From Candidatus Lightella neohaematopini (GTDB taxonomy: Bacteria; Pseudomonadota; Gammaproteobacteria; Enterobacterales; Enterobacteriaceae), in contig JAOBJN010000003.1 of NCBI GenBank assembly GCA_025728475.1, forward strand, positions 10,784 through 74,783: a stretch of DNA of 64,000 nucleotides, given 5' to 3'. Positions within the stretch are counted from its first letter, which is position 1, and each line of letters begins with the position of its first letter. Below, piece by piece: positions 41,751-51,380 of this stretch. The translations under genes were made by a program, and so were the position numbers. Below the pieces are notes generated by a model. That model was not told the origin of the DNA and made no database searches. It saw only the letters and a list, made by a program, of their open reading frames with translations.

Positions 41751-42132
41751 AATAGTACCTTTTGGTTATTCAAAATAATAACTAATAGTAATTAATACTA
41801 TTTACTTTGATTATTTAATATAATCCTCAATAAATTAATTTTATTTACATATTAACATATTTACTAAAATAACTTAGTTACATTAATTTAATTAACAAAT
41901 TTGTATTAAAATTATAAATAAGACTAACAAAATTTAATTTGAATTAAAAAAATTTTTACCTATTTAAAAGCATTTAAATTTATTAAACTAAATTAATAAT
42001 ATCTAATTTATTTTCTAAAAAATTTATATTAAACTATTTTTTTAGTTCTAATATTATATAATATTACGATATTAAATTAATTAACATTAAATTACAATCA
42101 CTTATAATATAAATATGAGTGAATTTTAATTA

Positions 42133-42157
42133 TACTATTTTAGTATAAAAAATTAAT
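42133..42157 (+). repeat. 25-nt exact intergenic repeat, copy 2
   Basis: This copy is identical to 28497-28521. Here it is embedded in the palindrome tatacta-tttt-agtata, inside the 815-nt ndk-suhB spacer. Confidence 0.6.
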
Positions 42158-42565
42158 ATTATCATATTGTATTTAATTATAATAAATAATTGTGTATTAT
42201 ATTAAATATAAATAATAAGATAAAAAAATATTGTATTATTTTATGAAGTATAAGATTATTTTAAATAAAAATTTTTAACTAAAACTAATATCTTATTAAA
42301 AGATTAATAATCATTATAAATTAATTTAATTATGTATATTATAATTATTACTAAAGGTGTATTATTTCTTTAATTATAATAAACTTATTATAATAATATA
42401 ATAATAATACTAAAAATAAAATACTTGTTATCTTTTAGATTAAAACTAGTAAAAATTATATTTAAATAGTTAAATTTATTATTTTTAGTATGGATTTTTT
42501 AAAATAAGTTATCAATTTTTACTATTAAAATGTACATTTAGTACTAAATATAATAAATAATATTA

Positions 42566-43330
42566 ATGAATCATATATTAAATATTGCTATTAGAATTAT
42601 TAGAGAAATTGGTATTATATTACTTAAAAGTTATGAATATATTAATATTAATTATAGTTATAAAAATAATGAAATTATAATAAATAATTGGAATAAACGT
42701 GCAGAGCAACATGCAATAAATTTAATTAAAAAATATTATCCCCAACATTCTTATACTACTAAAAATTATTTTGTTCATAATAATAATATTAATTGGATCA
42801 TTAATTTTGAAAAAAATATTAATATAATTAAAAAACTTCCTTATTATACAATTTCAATTGCTATTCAAATAAATAAACGTACTGAAATTGCAGTAATATA
42901 TGAATTAATTAATAATGAATTATTTACTGCAATTAGAGGTCAAGGAGCTCAATTAAATAATAAAAGATTACGAGTTAATAATAATAAAATACTAAGTAAT
43001 AGTATTATTATTACTAATTTAATAACTAAAAATATAAAAGACATAAATAAAAAATTATCTTTTATAAAAAAATTAATGATAGCTAAAATAGATCTTAGAT
43101 GTCATGGAACCAATGTATTAGATTTAGCATATCTAGCTGCTGGTAGAATAGATGGTATATTACTATACAAAATAGATAATATTAATTATTATATTAGTGG
43201 GATATTAATAGCAATTGAATCTGGTAACTTAATTTTTGATCATAACGGAAATAATAATTATAATCAATCTGGAAATTTATTAATAGGAAATGCTAAAATT
43301 TCTAATCTAATATTAGAAATTATAAAATAA
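42566..43330 (+). CDS. suhB: SuhB homolog (IMPase fold) that lacks the IMPase catalytic motifs
   Basis: The 254-aa intact ORF is colinear with E. coli SuhB, sharing LNIA.R, YPQH, LP...SIA, RTE.AV.Y, NELFTA.RGQGAQLN and LDLAY.AAGR.DG. The EE, DPxDGT and WD motifs are all replaced (see findings). Confidence 0.85.
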   Translation: MNHILNIAIRIIREIGIILLKSYEYININYSYKNNEIIINNWNKRAEQHAINLIKKYYPQHSYTTKNYFVHNNNINWIINFEKNINIIKKLPYYTISIAIQINKRTEIAVIYELINNELFTAIRGQGAQLNNKRLRVNNNKILSNSIIITNLITKNIKDINKKLSFIKKLMIAKIDLRCHGTNVLDLAYLAAGRIDGILLYKIDNINYYISGILIAIESGNLIFDHNGNNNYNQSGNLLIGNAKISNLILEIIK

Positions 43331-43335
43331 ATAAT

Positions 43336-44592
43336 TTAATTGTTCTTATATATTGGATATCTATTACATAGAATAGACACTTTTTTTCTTATGCTATAAA
43401 ATAATTCTTTATTATTAATATCTAATAAAAGATTACATATCCAATTAGCTACATTACGAGCATCATGTTCTTTAAAACCCCTTCTAGTTATAGCAGCCGT
43501 ACCGATTCTTATACCTGAAGTAATATTTGCTCCATTCTTATCATTAGGAATAATATTTTTATTAACAATAATGTTAACGGAGTCTAATAATTTTGTTGCT
43601 TTAATACCTGATAAACTAATATTAGTTAAGTCAATGACAAATAAATGATTATCAATATTAGATGATACTATTTTAAATTTATTTAAAATAAAAATTTTTG
43701 CCATCATTTGTGTATTTAATAAAACTTGTTTTTGATATAATTTAAATGGTAATTGCATAGCCTCTTTTAGAGCAGCTGCTTTAGCAGCAATAACATGCAT
43801 AAGAGGACCACCTTGGGTGCGAGGAAAAACTCCACAATCTAATTTTTTATAGAATTTATTATCACCAACTTTTGATAAAATTATACCACCTCTTGGACCA
43901 GCTAATGTTTTATGAGTAGTAGTAGTTACTACATGGGCATAATTAATTGGATTAGGATATAAATTAGTAGCAACTAATCCAGCAACATGAGCTATATCAG
44001 CTAACAAATAAGCACCAACTTGATCAGCAATAATTCTCATTTTTTTCCAATCTATTAAACCTGAATATGAAGAAAATCCTCCAATAATAATTTTTGGTTT
44101 ATATTTATTGGCTAATTCTTCTAATTGATAATAATTTATATTTCCTAAATTATCTAATTCATAAAAAATAGCATTATATATCATTCCTGATAAACTAATT
44201 TTTGCTCCATGAGTTAAATGACCTCCATGTGATAATCTCATACTTAAAATAGTGTCTCCTGGCTTTAATAAAGCTGCGTAAACAGCAAAATTAGCCTGTG
44301 ATCCAGAATGAGGTTGCACATTAGCATAATCTGCATTAAATAAAATCTTAGCTCTATGAATAGCTAATTTTTCTATCATATCAACATATTTACATCCACC
44401 ATAATAACGATTTTCAGGATATCCTTCAGCATACTTATTTGTTAATTGTGACCCTTGTAACTTCATAACCAAATTGCTAGCATAATTTTCTGATGCAATT
44501 AAATTTATACATTTTTCTTGCCTAGATATTTCCAATTCTAAAATTTTATCTAAATCACAATCATTATATTTAATAAAGTAATTATTTAACAT
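43336..44592 (-). CDS. glyA: Serine hydroxymethyltransferase
   Basis: The 418-aa ORF contains the PLP lysine motif [16 protein letters not shown]. Confidence 0.97.
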   Translation of the reverse strand: MLNNYFIKYNDCDLDKILELEISRQEKCINLIASENYASNLVMKLQGSQLTNKYAEGYPENRYYGGCKYVDMIEKLAIHRAKILFNADYANVQPHSGSQANFAVYAALLKPGDTILSMRLSHGGHLTHGAKISLSGMIYNAIFYELDNLGNINYYQLEELANKYKPKIIIGGFSSYSGLIDWKKMRIIADQVGAYLLADIAHVAGLVATNLYPNPINYAHVVTTTTHKTLAGPRGGIILSKVGDNKFYKKLDCGVFPRTQGGPLMHVIAAKAAALKEAMQLPFKLYQKQVLLNTQMMAKIFILNKFKIVSSNIDNHLFVIDLTNISLSGIKATKLLDSVNIIVNKNIIPNDKNGANITSGIRIGTAAITRRGFKEHDARNVANWICNLLLDINNKELFYSIRKKVSILCNRYPIYKNN

Positions 44593-44628
44593 TTAATTTA
44601 TTAATTATTATTGAATAAATTAATCATA

Positions 44629-45117
44629 TTAATTTTTATTTCTCTTACAATAAAAAAAATATTTTAATTGAATAGAACAAATATTAGAAAATACATTATC
44701 TATAGGATTAACGAGATTATAAATACAATAACTATTATAAATTATATTAGTTAATTGATTTAACACATTAACACTAGTATATTCTGTACCAAAAACTAAT
44801 TTTTTAATTCTAGCATTAAATATAGCACCAATACACATCAAGCAAGGTTTTAGTGTTACATATAATATAGAATTTAATAAACGATAATTACCTATTTTAC
44901 TACTACCTTGACGTATAGCAATTATTTCAGCATGAGCTGTAGGATCATTAAATTTAATAACATTATTATATCCCATACCTATTATATTATTGTTATAAAC
45001 CAAAATAGCTCCAACAGGTACTTCCCCTTGTTTTCTAGCATTTTCAGCTAATAATATACAGTAGTACATCCATCTTATATCATTACAAAGAAAACTATTA
45101 TATTTAATTATATTCAT
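44629..45117 (-). CDS. tadA: tRNA-specific adenosine deaminase
   Basis: The 162-aa ORF has the CDA-fold zinc motifs HAE and PCLMC. Confidence 0.9.
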   Translation of the reverse strand: MNIIKYNSFLCNDIRWMYYCILLAENARKQGEVPVGAILVYNNNIIGMGYNNVIKFNDPTAHAEIIAIRQGSSKIGNYRLLNSILYVTLKPCLMCIGAIFNARIKKLVFGTEYTSVNVLNQLTNIIYNSYCIYNLVNPIDNVFSNICSIQLKYFFYCKRNKN

Positions 45118-45131
45118 ATTTATTAAAATAG

Positions 45132-45545
45132 CTAATAACTAATCAATTTATTTTTATTAATATTATTACCTTCTAAAATTACTAAAGCACAAGCATAATT
45201 TTTTTCGTCTGTTAATGACACATGTATATTATTAATACTAAGATTATTTGCAAGTATTTTAGCTTGTCCAAATAACACTAAAAGTGGTTTACCATAACTA
45301 TTATTAATTACTTCAAATTGATTAAAATATAATCCATTATGTATGCCAGTACCAAATGCTTTTAATGCTGCTTCTTTTACAGCAAATCTAGTAGCTAAAA
45401 ATCTTATAGGGTTATTATTATTATAATATCTTAATAATTCATTTTTATGCAATATTTTAACAGGAAAAAGGTTACCTTTTCTAAACAGAAGTAATTTTAT
45501 TCTTTTTATTTCTATAATATCTATGCCAATACCAATAATTTGCAT
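45132..45545 (-). CDS. acpS: Holo-[acyl-carrier-protein] synthase
   Basis: The 137-aa ORF contains GIGIDIIEI.RI and RFA.KEA..KA. It lies downstream of pdxJ, as in E. coli. Confidence 0.9.
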   Translation of the reverse strand: MQIIGIGIDIIEIKRIKLLLFRKGNLFPVKILHKNELLRYYNNNNPIRFLATRFAVKEAALKAFGTGIHNGLYFNQFEVINNSYGKPLLVLFGQAKILANNLSINNIHVSLTDEKNYACALVILEGNNINKNKLISY

Positions 45546-45546
45546 C

Positions 45547-46278
45547 TTATGACATTCTAATTATTTGTAACATTTGTTTAACAGCATATTTTAATCCATA
45601 GATAATAGCTTGACTAATAATAGAATGTCCGATATGTAATATTTTTATTTGATTTAATTTAATAATTGGAATAATATTATAATAATTAAGGCCGTGACCA
45701 GCATTAACTAATAATCCTAATGATGTAGCAAATGATGCTGCTTGTCTAATATTATCTAATTCAGCATAAAATTTATCATTATAATGTCTACTTAATATAG
45801 TATAATTACCGGTATTTAATTCTATGTAATCAGTATTTAATTTTGCTGCTATTTCTATTTGTTCAATTATAGGATCAATAAATAAAGATACTTTAATATT
45901 ATTGTTATGTAAAATATTAATTAACTTATCTATTTTTTTATATTCTTTAACTAAGTTTATTCCATTTTCTGTTGTTATTTCCATACGATTTTCTGGTACT
46001 AAACAACAATAATCAGGTTTTAGTAAACATGCTGTATTTACCATCGTTTCATTTGCTGAAATTTCTAAATTTAAATTAGTTTGGATTGTTTGACGTAAAA
46101 TTTTGATATCACGTTCGTTAATATGTCTACGATCTTCTCTTAAATGAACAGTTATACCATTGGCTCCAGCTTGTTCAGCAATAAATGCAGCCTGTACTGG
46201 ATCTGGAAAAATAGTGTTTCTTGCATTACGTACAGTAGCAATATGATCAATATTTATATTTAACAAAGTATTTGCCAT
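45547..46278 (-). CDS. pdxJ: Pyridoxine 5'-phosphate synthase
   Basis: The 243-aa ORF contains LNINIDHIATVRNAR, ITVHLREDRRHI and NAGHGLNY. Confidence 0.96.
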   Translation of the reverse strand: MANTLLNINIDHIATVRNARNTIFPDPVQAAFIAEQAGANGITVHLREDRRHINERDIKILRQTIQTNLNLEISANETMVNTACLLKPDYCCLVPENRMEITTENGINLVKEYKKIDKLINILHNNNIKVSLFIDPIIEQIEIAAKLNTDYIELNTGNYTILSRHYNDKFYAELDNIRQAASFATSLGLLVNAGHGLNYYNIIPIIKLNQIKILHIGHSIISQAIIYGLKYAVKQMLQIIRMS

Positions 46279-46328
46279 ATATATCTCCAGTATAATTAAT
46301 AGTATAAATATATATTATACATTTTTAT

Positions 46329-47015
46329 TTAATTTATAAACATATAACTTTTAATATTTTTTAATCCAAAGTAATAAGTTAGTACTATTTTTGTAAATCT
46401 TCTAGCTACATCTAACATTTTATTATTTTTAAAATTAAAATTAGCAATATTAAGTAATTCATAATATGAAAAACTAAAATAATCTAACTTATTAGTAATT
46501 ATGAAACTATTATCTATTATTTGATATCTATACAAATTTTTATTTTTTAGATTATTATTAAATTTAAGCATTAGATTAATATCACAACCTAAATATTTTA
46601 ATAATGATAACTCAAAACAACAAACAACATATTTTAATGAATTATTTGTACTAGCCAAAACTTTTAGAAAATATAGATATTTGTGAAACCATGTTAAGTG
46701 ATTACAATCATATGTTATTAATTTTAATATTAATTCATTAAAATATAAACCCCCATATATCATATTACCGGTTATAGGTATAATAATAGAAATTTGTTCA
46801 GCTTTATATAATGTTTTGATATTACCTTTACCTCCATAGTAAATTATTAATGGTATAAATGGCTGTAATATACCTCTAAAATTACTACGCAAAGATCTAG
46901 CGCCGTTAGCTACTAATTTTACTAAACCATAATATTCAGTAAAACAAATTAAAATTAAACTAGTTTCTTTGTACAAGTAACGATGTAAAACAAATGCATT
47001 TTGTTTTATTTTCAT
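46329..47015 (-). CDS. recO: DNA repair protein RecO
   Basis: The 228-aa ORF contains AFVLH...ETSL, V.LVA.GARS.RS and LQPF.PL, colinear with E. coli RecO. It lies between era and pdxJ. Confidence 0.85.
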   Translation of the reverse strand: MKIKQNAFVLHRYLYKETSLILICFTEYYGLVKLVANGARSLRSNFRGILQPFIPLIIYYGGKGNIKTLYKAEQISIIIPITGNMIYGGLYFNELILKLITYDCNHLTWFHKYLYFLKVLASTNNSLKYVVCCFELSLLKYLGCDINLMLKFNNNLKNKNLYRYQIIDNSFIITNKLDYFSFSYYELLNIANFNFKNNKMLDVARRFTKIVLTYYFGLKNIKSYMFIN

Positions 47016-47032
47016 TAATTATCCTGAAAAAA

Positions 47033-47845
47033 TTAAATTTTTATTGATAAAATCAAATTTACTTTTTTATTAAAAAATACTTCTATATTTTTTGTAGCAT
47101 AAAAATTAATTTTTTTAATTAAAAAACCTCTATTACCAATGATAATTTTTTTTTGACTATTATTTTTCACATATATTGTCGCAAATATATTGTAAGTATT
47201 TTTTAATTCGTTAGCATGAATAACTTTTACTTTGGTAGTGTATGGTAATTCTTTGTTTAAGAATTTTATTATTTTTTCACGTATTAATTCAGATAAAATA
47301 AATTTATGTGATTGATTGGTAATAATATAATTAGGAAATTTTGGTTCACCACATGGTATATAATTACGTATAATTTTTAATAACACATTAATATTACTAT
47401 TTTTTTTAGCACAAATTGGAACTATATTACTAAAATTATATTTTTTATCTAAAAAAGATAGGTATGGTAATAAATCACTTTTTTGTTTAAAAAAATCAAT
47501 TTTATTTATAACTAGTAAAATTAATTTATTTAGTTTTTTTAAAAAATTTAAAATTAATTCTTCATATTTGGTCCAATATTTATTTACAACTAATAAAATT
47601 ATATCCACATTATTTATAATGCTGTATTGTTTAGAAATATTGTTAATATTTTTATTATTTATACCTGGAGTATCAATAAATACTATTTGATAATTACTAT
47701 TATTATAAATACCAATAATGTTAGTTCTAGTAGTACATATTTTATGAGATGTAATTGATAATTTTTTTTCTATAAATTTATTTAATATTGTTGATTTACC
47801 TACATTTACTCTACCAACAATAATAACAATACCATAATAATACAT
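47033..47845 (-). CDS. era: GTPase Era
   Basis: The 270-aa ORF contains GRVNVGKST, DTPG, NKID and a KH domain (IIGNRG). It lacks about 25 C-terminal residues relative to E. coli Era. Confidence 0.92.
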   Translation of the reverse strand: MYYYGIVIIVGRVNVGKSTILNKFIEKKLSITSHKICTTRTNIIGIYNNSNYQIVFIDTPGINNKNINNISKQYSIINNVDIILLVVNKYWTKYEELILNFLKKLNKLILLVINKIDFFKQKSDLLPYLSFLDKKYNFSNIVPICAKKNSNINVLLKIIRNYIPCGEPKFPNYIITNQSHKFILSELIREKIIKFLNKELPYTTKVKVIHANELKNTYNIFATIYVKNNSQKKIIIGNRGFLIKKINFYATKNIEVFFNKKVNLILSIKI

Positions 47846-47852
47846 AATTTAT

Positions 47853-48536
47853 CTAAATAGATATATTAATTAATTTTAATGTTTTTTTAGCCGCCTCTTG
47901 TTCTGCTTTACGACGACTACTACCATTACCTATAGTTGGATTATTTAACAAATTAGTTTGACAATATACAATAAAATTTTGTTTATGAGCACTACCTATT
48001 ATTTTAACTACTTTATAAGTAGGTAATGGTAAATGTTGACTCTGTAAGTATTCTTGTAACATAGTTTTTGAATCTTTTTTTTTATTATACGGGTCAATAT
48101 TGTTAATTTTATCACTAAATATCTTTAAGATAATATTTTCAACAACACTAATATTATTGCTATCTAATAATGCACCACCAATAATAGCTTCTAATGTATT
48201 TTCTAATATAGAAACCCTGTTAGATCCATTATTTCTAATTTCACCAAATCCGAGATATAGATAATTACTTAATTCTAATTCATTAGCTATTTCTGCTAGT
48301 GTGCTACTACAAACTAATATAGATCTAATTTGACTTAAACTACCTTCATTAAGATCTAAAAACCTATCATAAATAATTTTACTAATAATATAATTTAGTA
48401 TAGAATCACCTAAAAATTCCAAACGTTCATTATGTATTAAACTAGCACTTCTATGAGTAAGAGCTTGTATTAGTAAACTTAATTGACTAAAATAATATCC
48501 TAATTTATATTGTAAACTATCAAGATTTTTGTTCAT
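47853..48536 (-). CDS. rnc: Ribonuclease III
   Basis: The 227-aa ORF has the signature HNERLEFLGDSIL and a C-terminal dsRBD (GSSRRKAEQEAA). The D114-equivalent residue is Asn (see findings). Confidence 0.94.
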   Translation of the reverse strand: MNKNLDSLQYKLGYYFSQLSLLIQALTHRSASLIHNERLEFLGDSILNYIISKIIYDRFLDLNEGSLSQIRSILVCSSTLAEIANELELSNYLYLGFGEIRNNGSNRVSILENTLEAIIGGALLDSNNISVVENIILKIFSDKINNIDPYNKKKDSKTMLQEYLQSQHLPLPTYKVVKIIGSAHKQNFIVYCQTNLLNNPTIGNGSSRRKAEQEAAKKTLKLINISI

Positions 48537-49490
48537 TTATTTTAAAATACCTAATCTATATAGCCTAATTTTATCAAAAATACTATTATTATATTCATTT
48601 AAACTAAACCATACAAATATAGCTTTCCCAATAATATCTTTTTCTGAAACAAATCCCCAATAACGACTATCAAAACTATTATCACGATTATCACCCATAA
48701 CAAAATAACTATTAGATGGTACTATCCATTCCGATATATTATTTTTATTTTGTTTAAAATAATAATCTATTTGATCATACTGTTCTGGATTAATTAATAT
48801 ATTATATGATGATTTAGATAATGATTCTTTTTTTTCTAATAATTTAATATAATGTTCTTGTTTATTTAGTTTATTAGTTGTATAATAACTAATAATTTTA
48901 TTATTTTTAAAATAAAATACTTGTTTAAAATTACTAAATGCTAAATCACTATACTTAATAATAATTTTATTATTTAATAGTTTATTATTAAAATTAGGGT
49001 AGATAGATATTTCCTTATTAATATAGTTATAAATTATTTTATCTCCAGGGATACCAATTATTCTTTTAATATATCTAGTACTTTTATCATTGGGATAATT
49101 AAACACAATTAAATCACCTCTATTAGGTATATTAAATTTTATAAAATAATTATTTGATAAAGGATTTTTTATACCATAAGAAATTTTTTCTACGAAAATA
49201 AAATCTCCTTGTAATAAAGTTGGTATCATAGATCCTGATAATATTTTAAATGGTTCTATTAATGTTAATCTAATTAACAATAATATAATTAATGTAGGAA
49301 AAGAAGAACTAATAAATTTACTAATATAACTAATAATAATATTTATATTAATAATTTTACTGCGATTATTAATTTCTATCCTATCTTTTAAAGATTTATA
49401 ATTTAATCTTGTTAAGATATAATTTAATATCCATATTAAAAAAATAGTTATAATTATTACAAATAATAATTTGTTAACATTACTAATCAT
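48537..49490 (-). CDS. lepB: Signal peptidase I
   Basis: The 317-aa ORF contains SGSMIPTL (catalytic Ser), IKRIIGIPGD (catalytic Lys) and GDNRDNS.DSRYWG. Its stop codon abuts the rnc start codon. Confidence 0.94.
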   Translation of the reverse strand: MISNVNKLLFVIIITIFLIWILNYILTRLNYKSLKDRIEINNRSKIININIIISYISKFISSSFPTLIILLLIRLTLIEPFKILSGSMIPTLLQGDFIFVEKISYGIKNPLSNNYFIKFNIPNRGDLIVFNYPNDKSTRYIKRIIGIPGDKIIYNYINKEISIYPNFNNKLLNNKIIIKYSDLAFSNFKQVFYFKNNKIISYYTTNKLNKQEHYIKLLEKKESLSKSSYNILINPEQYDQIDYYFKQNKNNISEWIVPSNSYFVMGDNRDNSFDSRYWGFVSEKDIIGKAIFVWFSLNEYNNSIFDKIRLYRLGILK

Positions 49491-49517
49491 AATTTATATC
49501 TAAATAAGTTTAATTTT

Positions 49518-51314
49518 TTAATTAACATTAAGTAGTGAGAAAAATGCTTTTTTAGGAATATTTACCTTTCCTAATTTTTGTAGTTTCTTTTTACCGTCTC
49601 TTTGTTTATTTAACAATTTTTTCTTTCTACTTATATCACCACCGTAACATTTTTCTGTTACTTTTTTACATAATCTTTTTATTGTGGTACGAGCAATAAC
49701 TTTATTATTTACAACTACTTGTATAATTACATTAAATTGATGCTTAGGTATAATTTGAGTCAATTTATTAATTATCAAATTTGTTTTATATCTAATATCA
49801 TTATTATGTAATATGACAGATAATTCTGGTACTAATTTTTTATTTATATAAATATTAACACATGATAATTTAGATTTTTTAAAACACTTAAAATTATAAT
49901 CTAAAGATGCGTATCCATGAGAAATAGATTTAATTATTGTAGATAAATCTAATATTACTTCTGTTAATGGTATAAGATAAATAATTTTTACTTGATCATT
50001 AAAATAAATAATATTAACTTGTGTTCCTCTTTTTTTAATACATAATTTTATTATTTTACTAACATAAATTTTTGGTGTTATTATAAAACATTCGGCAATT
50101 GGTTCACGTAATTCTTTAATTTTATTTAAAGTTAACAATTGACATGGTCTATCAATATAGATAATTTTATTACTATTAGTTAGCACTTCATACTTAACTG
50201 TCGGTAATGTAATAACTAATTTTAGTTTATATTCTCGTTCTAAACGAGTTTTAATTATATCCATATGTAATAATCCTAAAAATCCACATCTAAATCCATT
50301 ACCAAAAGTATTAGAAAATTCTGGTTTGTATGACAATGATGCATCACTTAAACTAAGTTTAGTTATAGCACTACTAAAAATATTATAATCACTACTTTTT
50401 AATAAAAATAAACTTGCGAAAATTTGGGGATTAATTTTTTTTATTGGTAATATTACACTATTAACATCTTTTTCTGAAATAATAATACTTCCAACTATTG
50501 GCTGTTTAAAATTCTTTATATTACATATAATCCAGCCAACTTCACCACAATTTAATACTGAACACTCTTTTATTTTTGGTGTAACTATCCATATTTTTTC
50601 TACAATATAAGTATTATTAATATTAACTAATCTAATTTTATTTTTTTTTAAAATAAAACCAGATTTAATTCTTATTAATAACATAATTCCAAAATATTTA
50701 TGAAATTGAGCATCTATAATTATAGCTTGTAATTTATTGTTATAATAATTACTAGGTGGAGGAATAAACTCTACTATATTTTTTATTAAATTATTTATAC
50801 CTATTGATTTTTTTGCAGAACAACATGTAATAATTAGATTTTTATCTAAAAGATTTTTTACTTGATTAATAAGATTAGTAGGTTTAGATTTTAATAGATC
50901 TATTTTATTTATTACTACTATAATAAATAAATTCATATTTTTTGCTATATAAAAATTATTTATAGTTTGCGCCTCAATTCCTTTTATAGCATCTATTAAC
51001 AATAAGACACCTTCACATGCTGATAATGCTCGAATAACTTCGTAGGAAAAATCTGTATGTCCTGGAGTATCAATTAAATTTAATTTATAATTAATTCCAA
51101 AAAAATTATAAGTTAGATTAACACTTTGTGCTTTTATTGTAATACCTCTTTCTTGTTCTAAGTAAATATTATCTATAATATTTATATTATTTAAATAATC
51201 TTTATTATTACAAAATTTAATTAAACAGTTAGATAATGTTGATTTACCATGATCAATATGAGCAATAACAGAAAAATTACGAATATTATTTGTTTTAAAC
51301 ATATATATCTTCAA
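49518..51314 (-). CDS. lepA: Elongation factor 4 (LepA)
   Basis: The 598-aa ORF contains NIRNFSVIAHIDHGKST, DTPGH and NKID, with the LepA-specific C-terminal domain. The start could instead be the Met at 51302. Confidence 0.95.
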   Translation of the reverse strand: MKIYMFKTNNIRNFSVIAHIDHGKSTLSNCLIKFCNNKDYLNNINIIDNIYLEQERGITIKAQSVNLTYNFFGINYKLNLIDTPGHTDFSYEVIRALSACEGVLLLIDAIKGIEAQTINNFYIAKNMNLFIIVVINKIDLLKSKPTNLINQVKNLLDKNLIITCCSAKKSIGINNLIKNIVEFIPPPSNYYNNKLQAIIIDAQFHKYFGIMLLIRIKSGFILKKNKIRLVNINNTYIVEKIWIVTPKIKECSVLNCGEVGWIICNIKNFKQPIVGSIIISEKDVNSVILPIKKINPQIFASLFLLKSSDYNIFSSAITKLSLSDASLSYKPEFSNTFGNGFRCGFLGLLHMDIIKTRLEREYKLKLVITLPTVKYEVLTNSNKIIYIDRPCQLLTLNKIKELREPIAECFIITPKIYVSKIIKLCIKKRGTQVNIIYFNDQVKIIYLIPLTEVILDLSTIIKSISHGYASLDYNFKCFKKSKLSCVNIYINKKLVPELSVILHNNDIRYKTNLIINKLTQIIPKHQFNVIIQVVVNNKVIARTTIKRLCKKVTEKCYGGDISRKKKLLNKQRDGKKKLQKLGKVNIPKKAFFSLLNVN

Positions 51315-51380
51315 TAAAAATTTAATTTATATATTATTATATTTATAATAAAAATATATTCAATAATAATACATTTATTT

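Noticed and set aside
47033-47845. C-terminal shortening of Era (about 25 aa), ObgE and Mqo relative to E. coli, considered as possible truncation pseudogenes.
   Set aside because: The catalytic and core domains are complete and the frames are clean. Terminal trimming is common in reduced genomes. There is no evidence of recent truncation, as I noticed no recognisable continuation in other frames.
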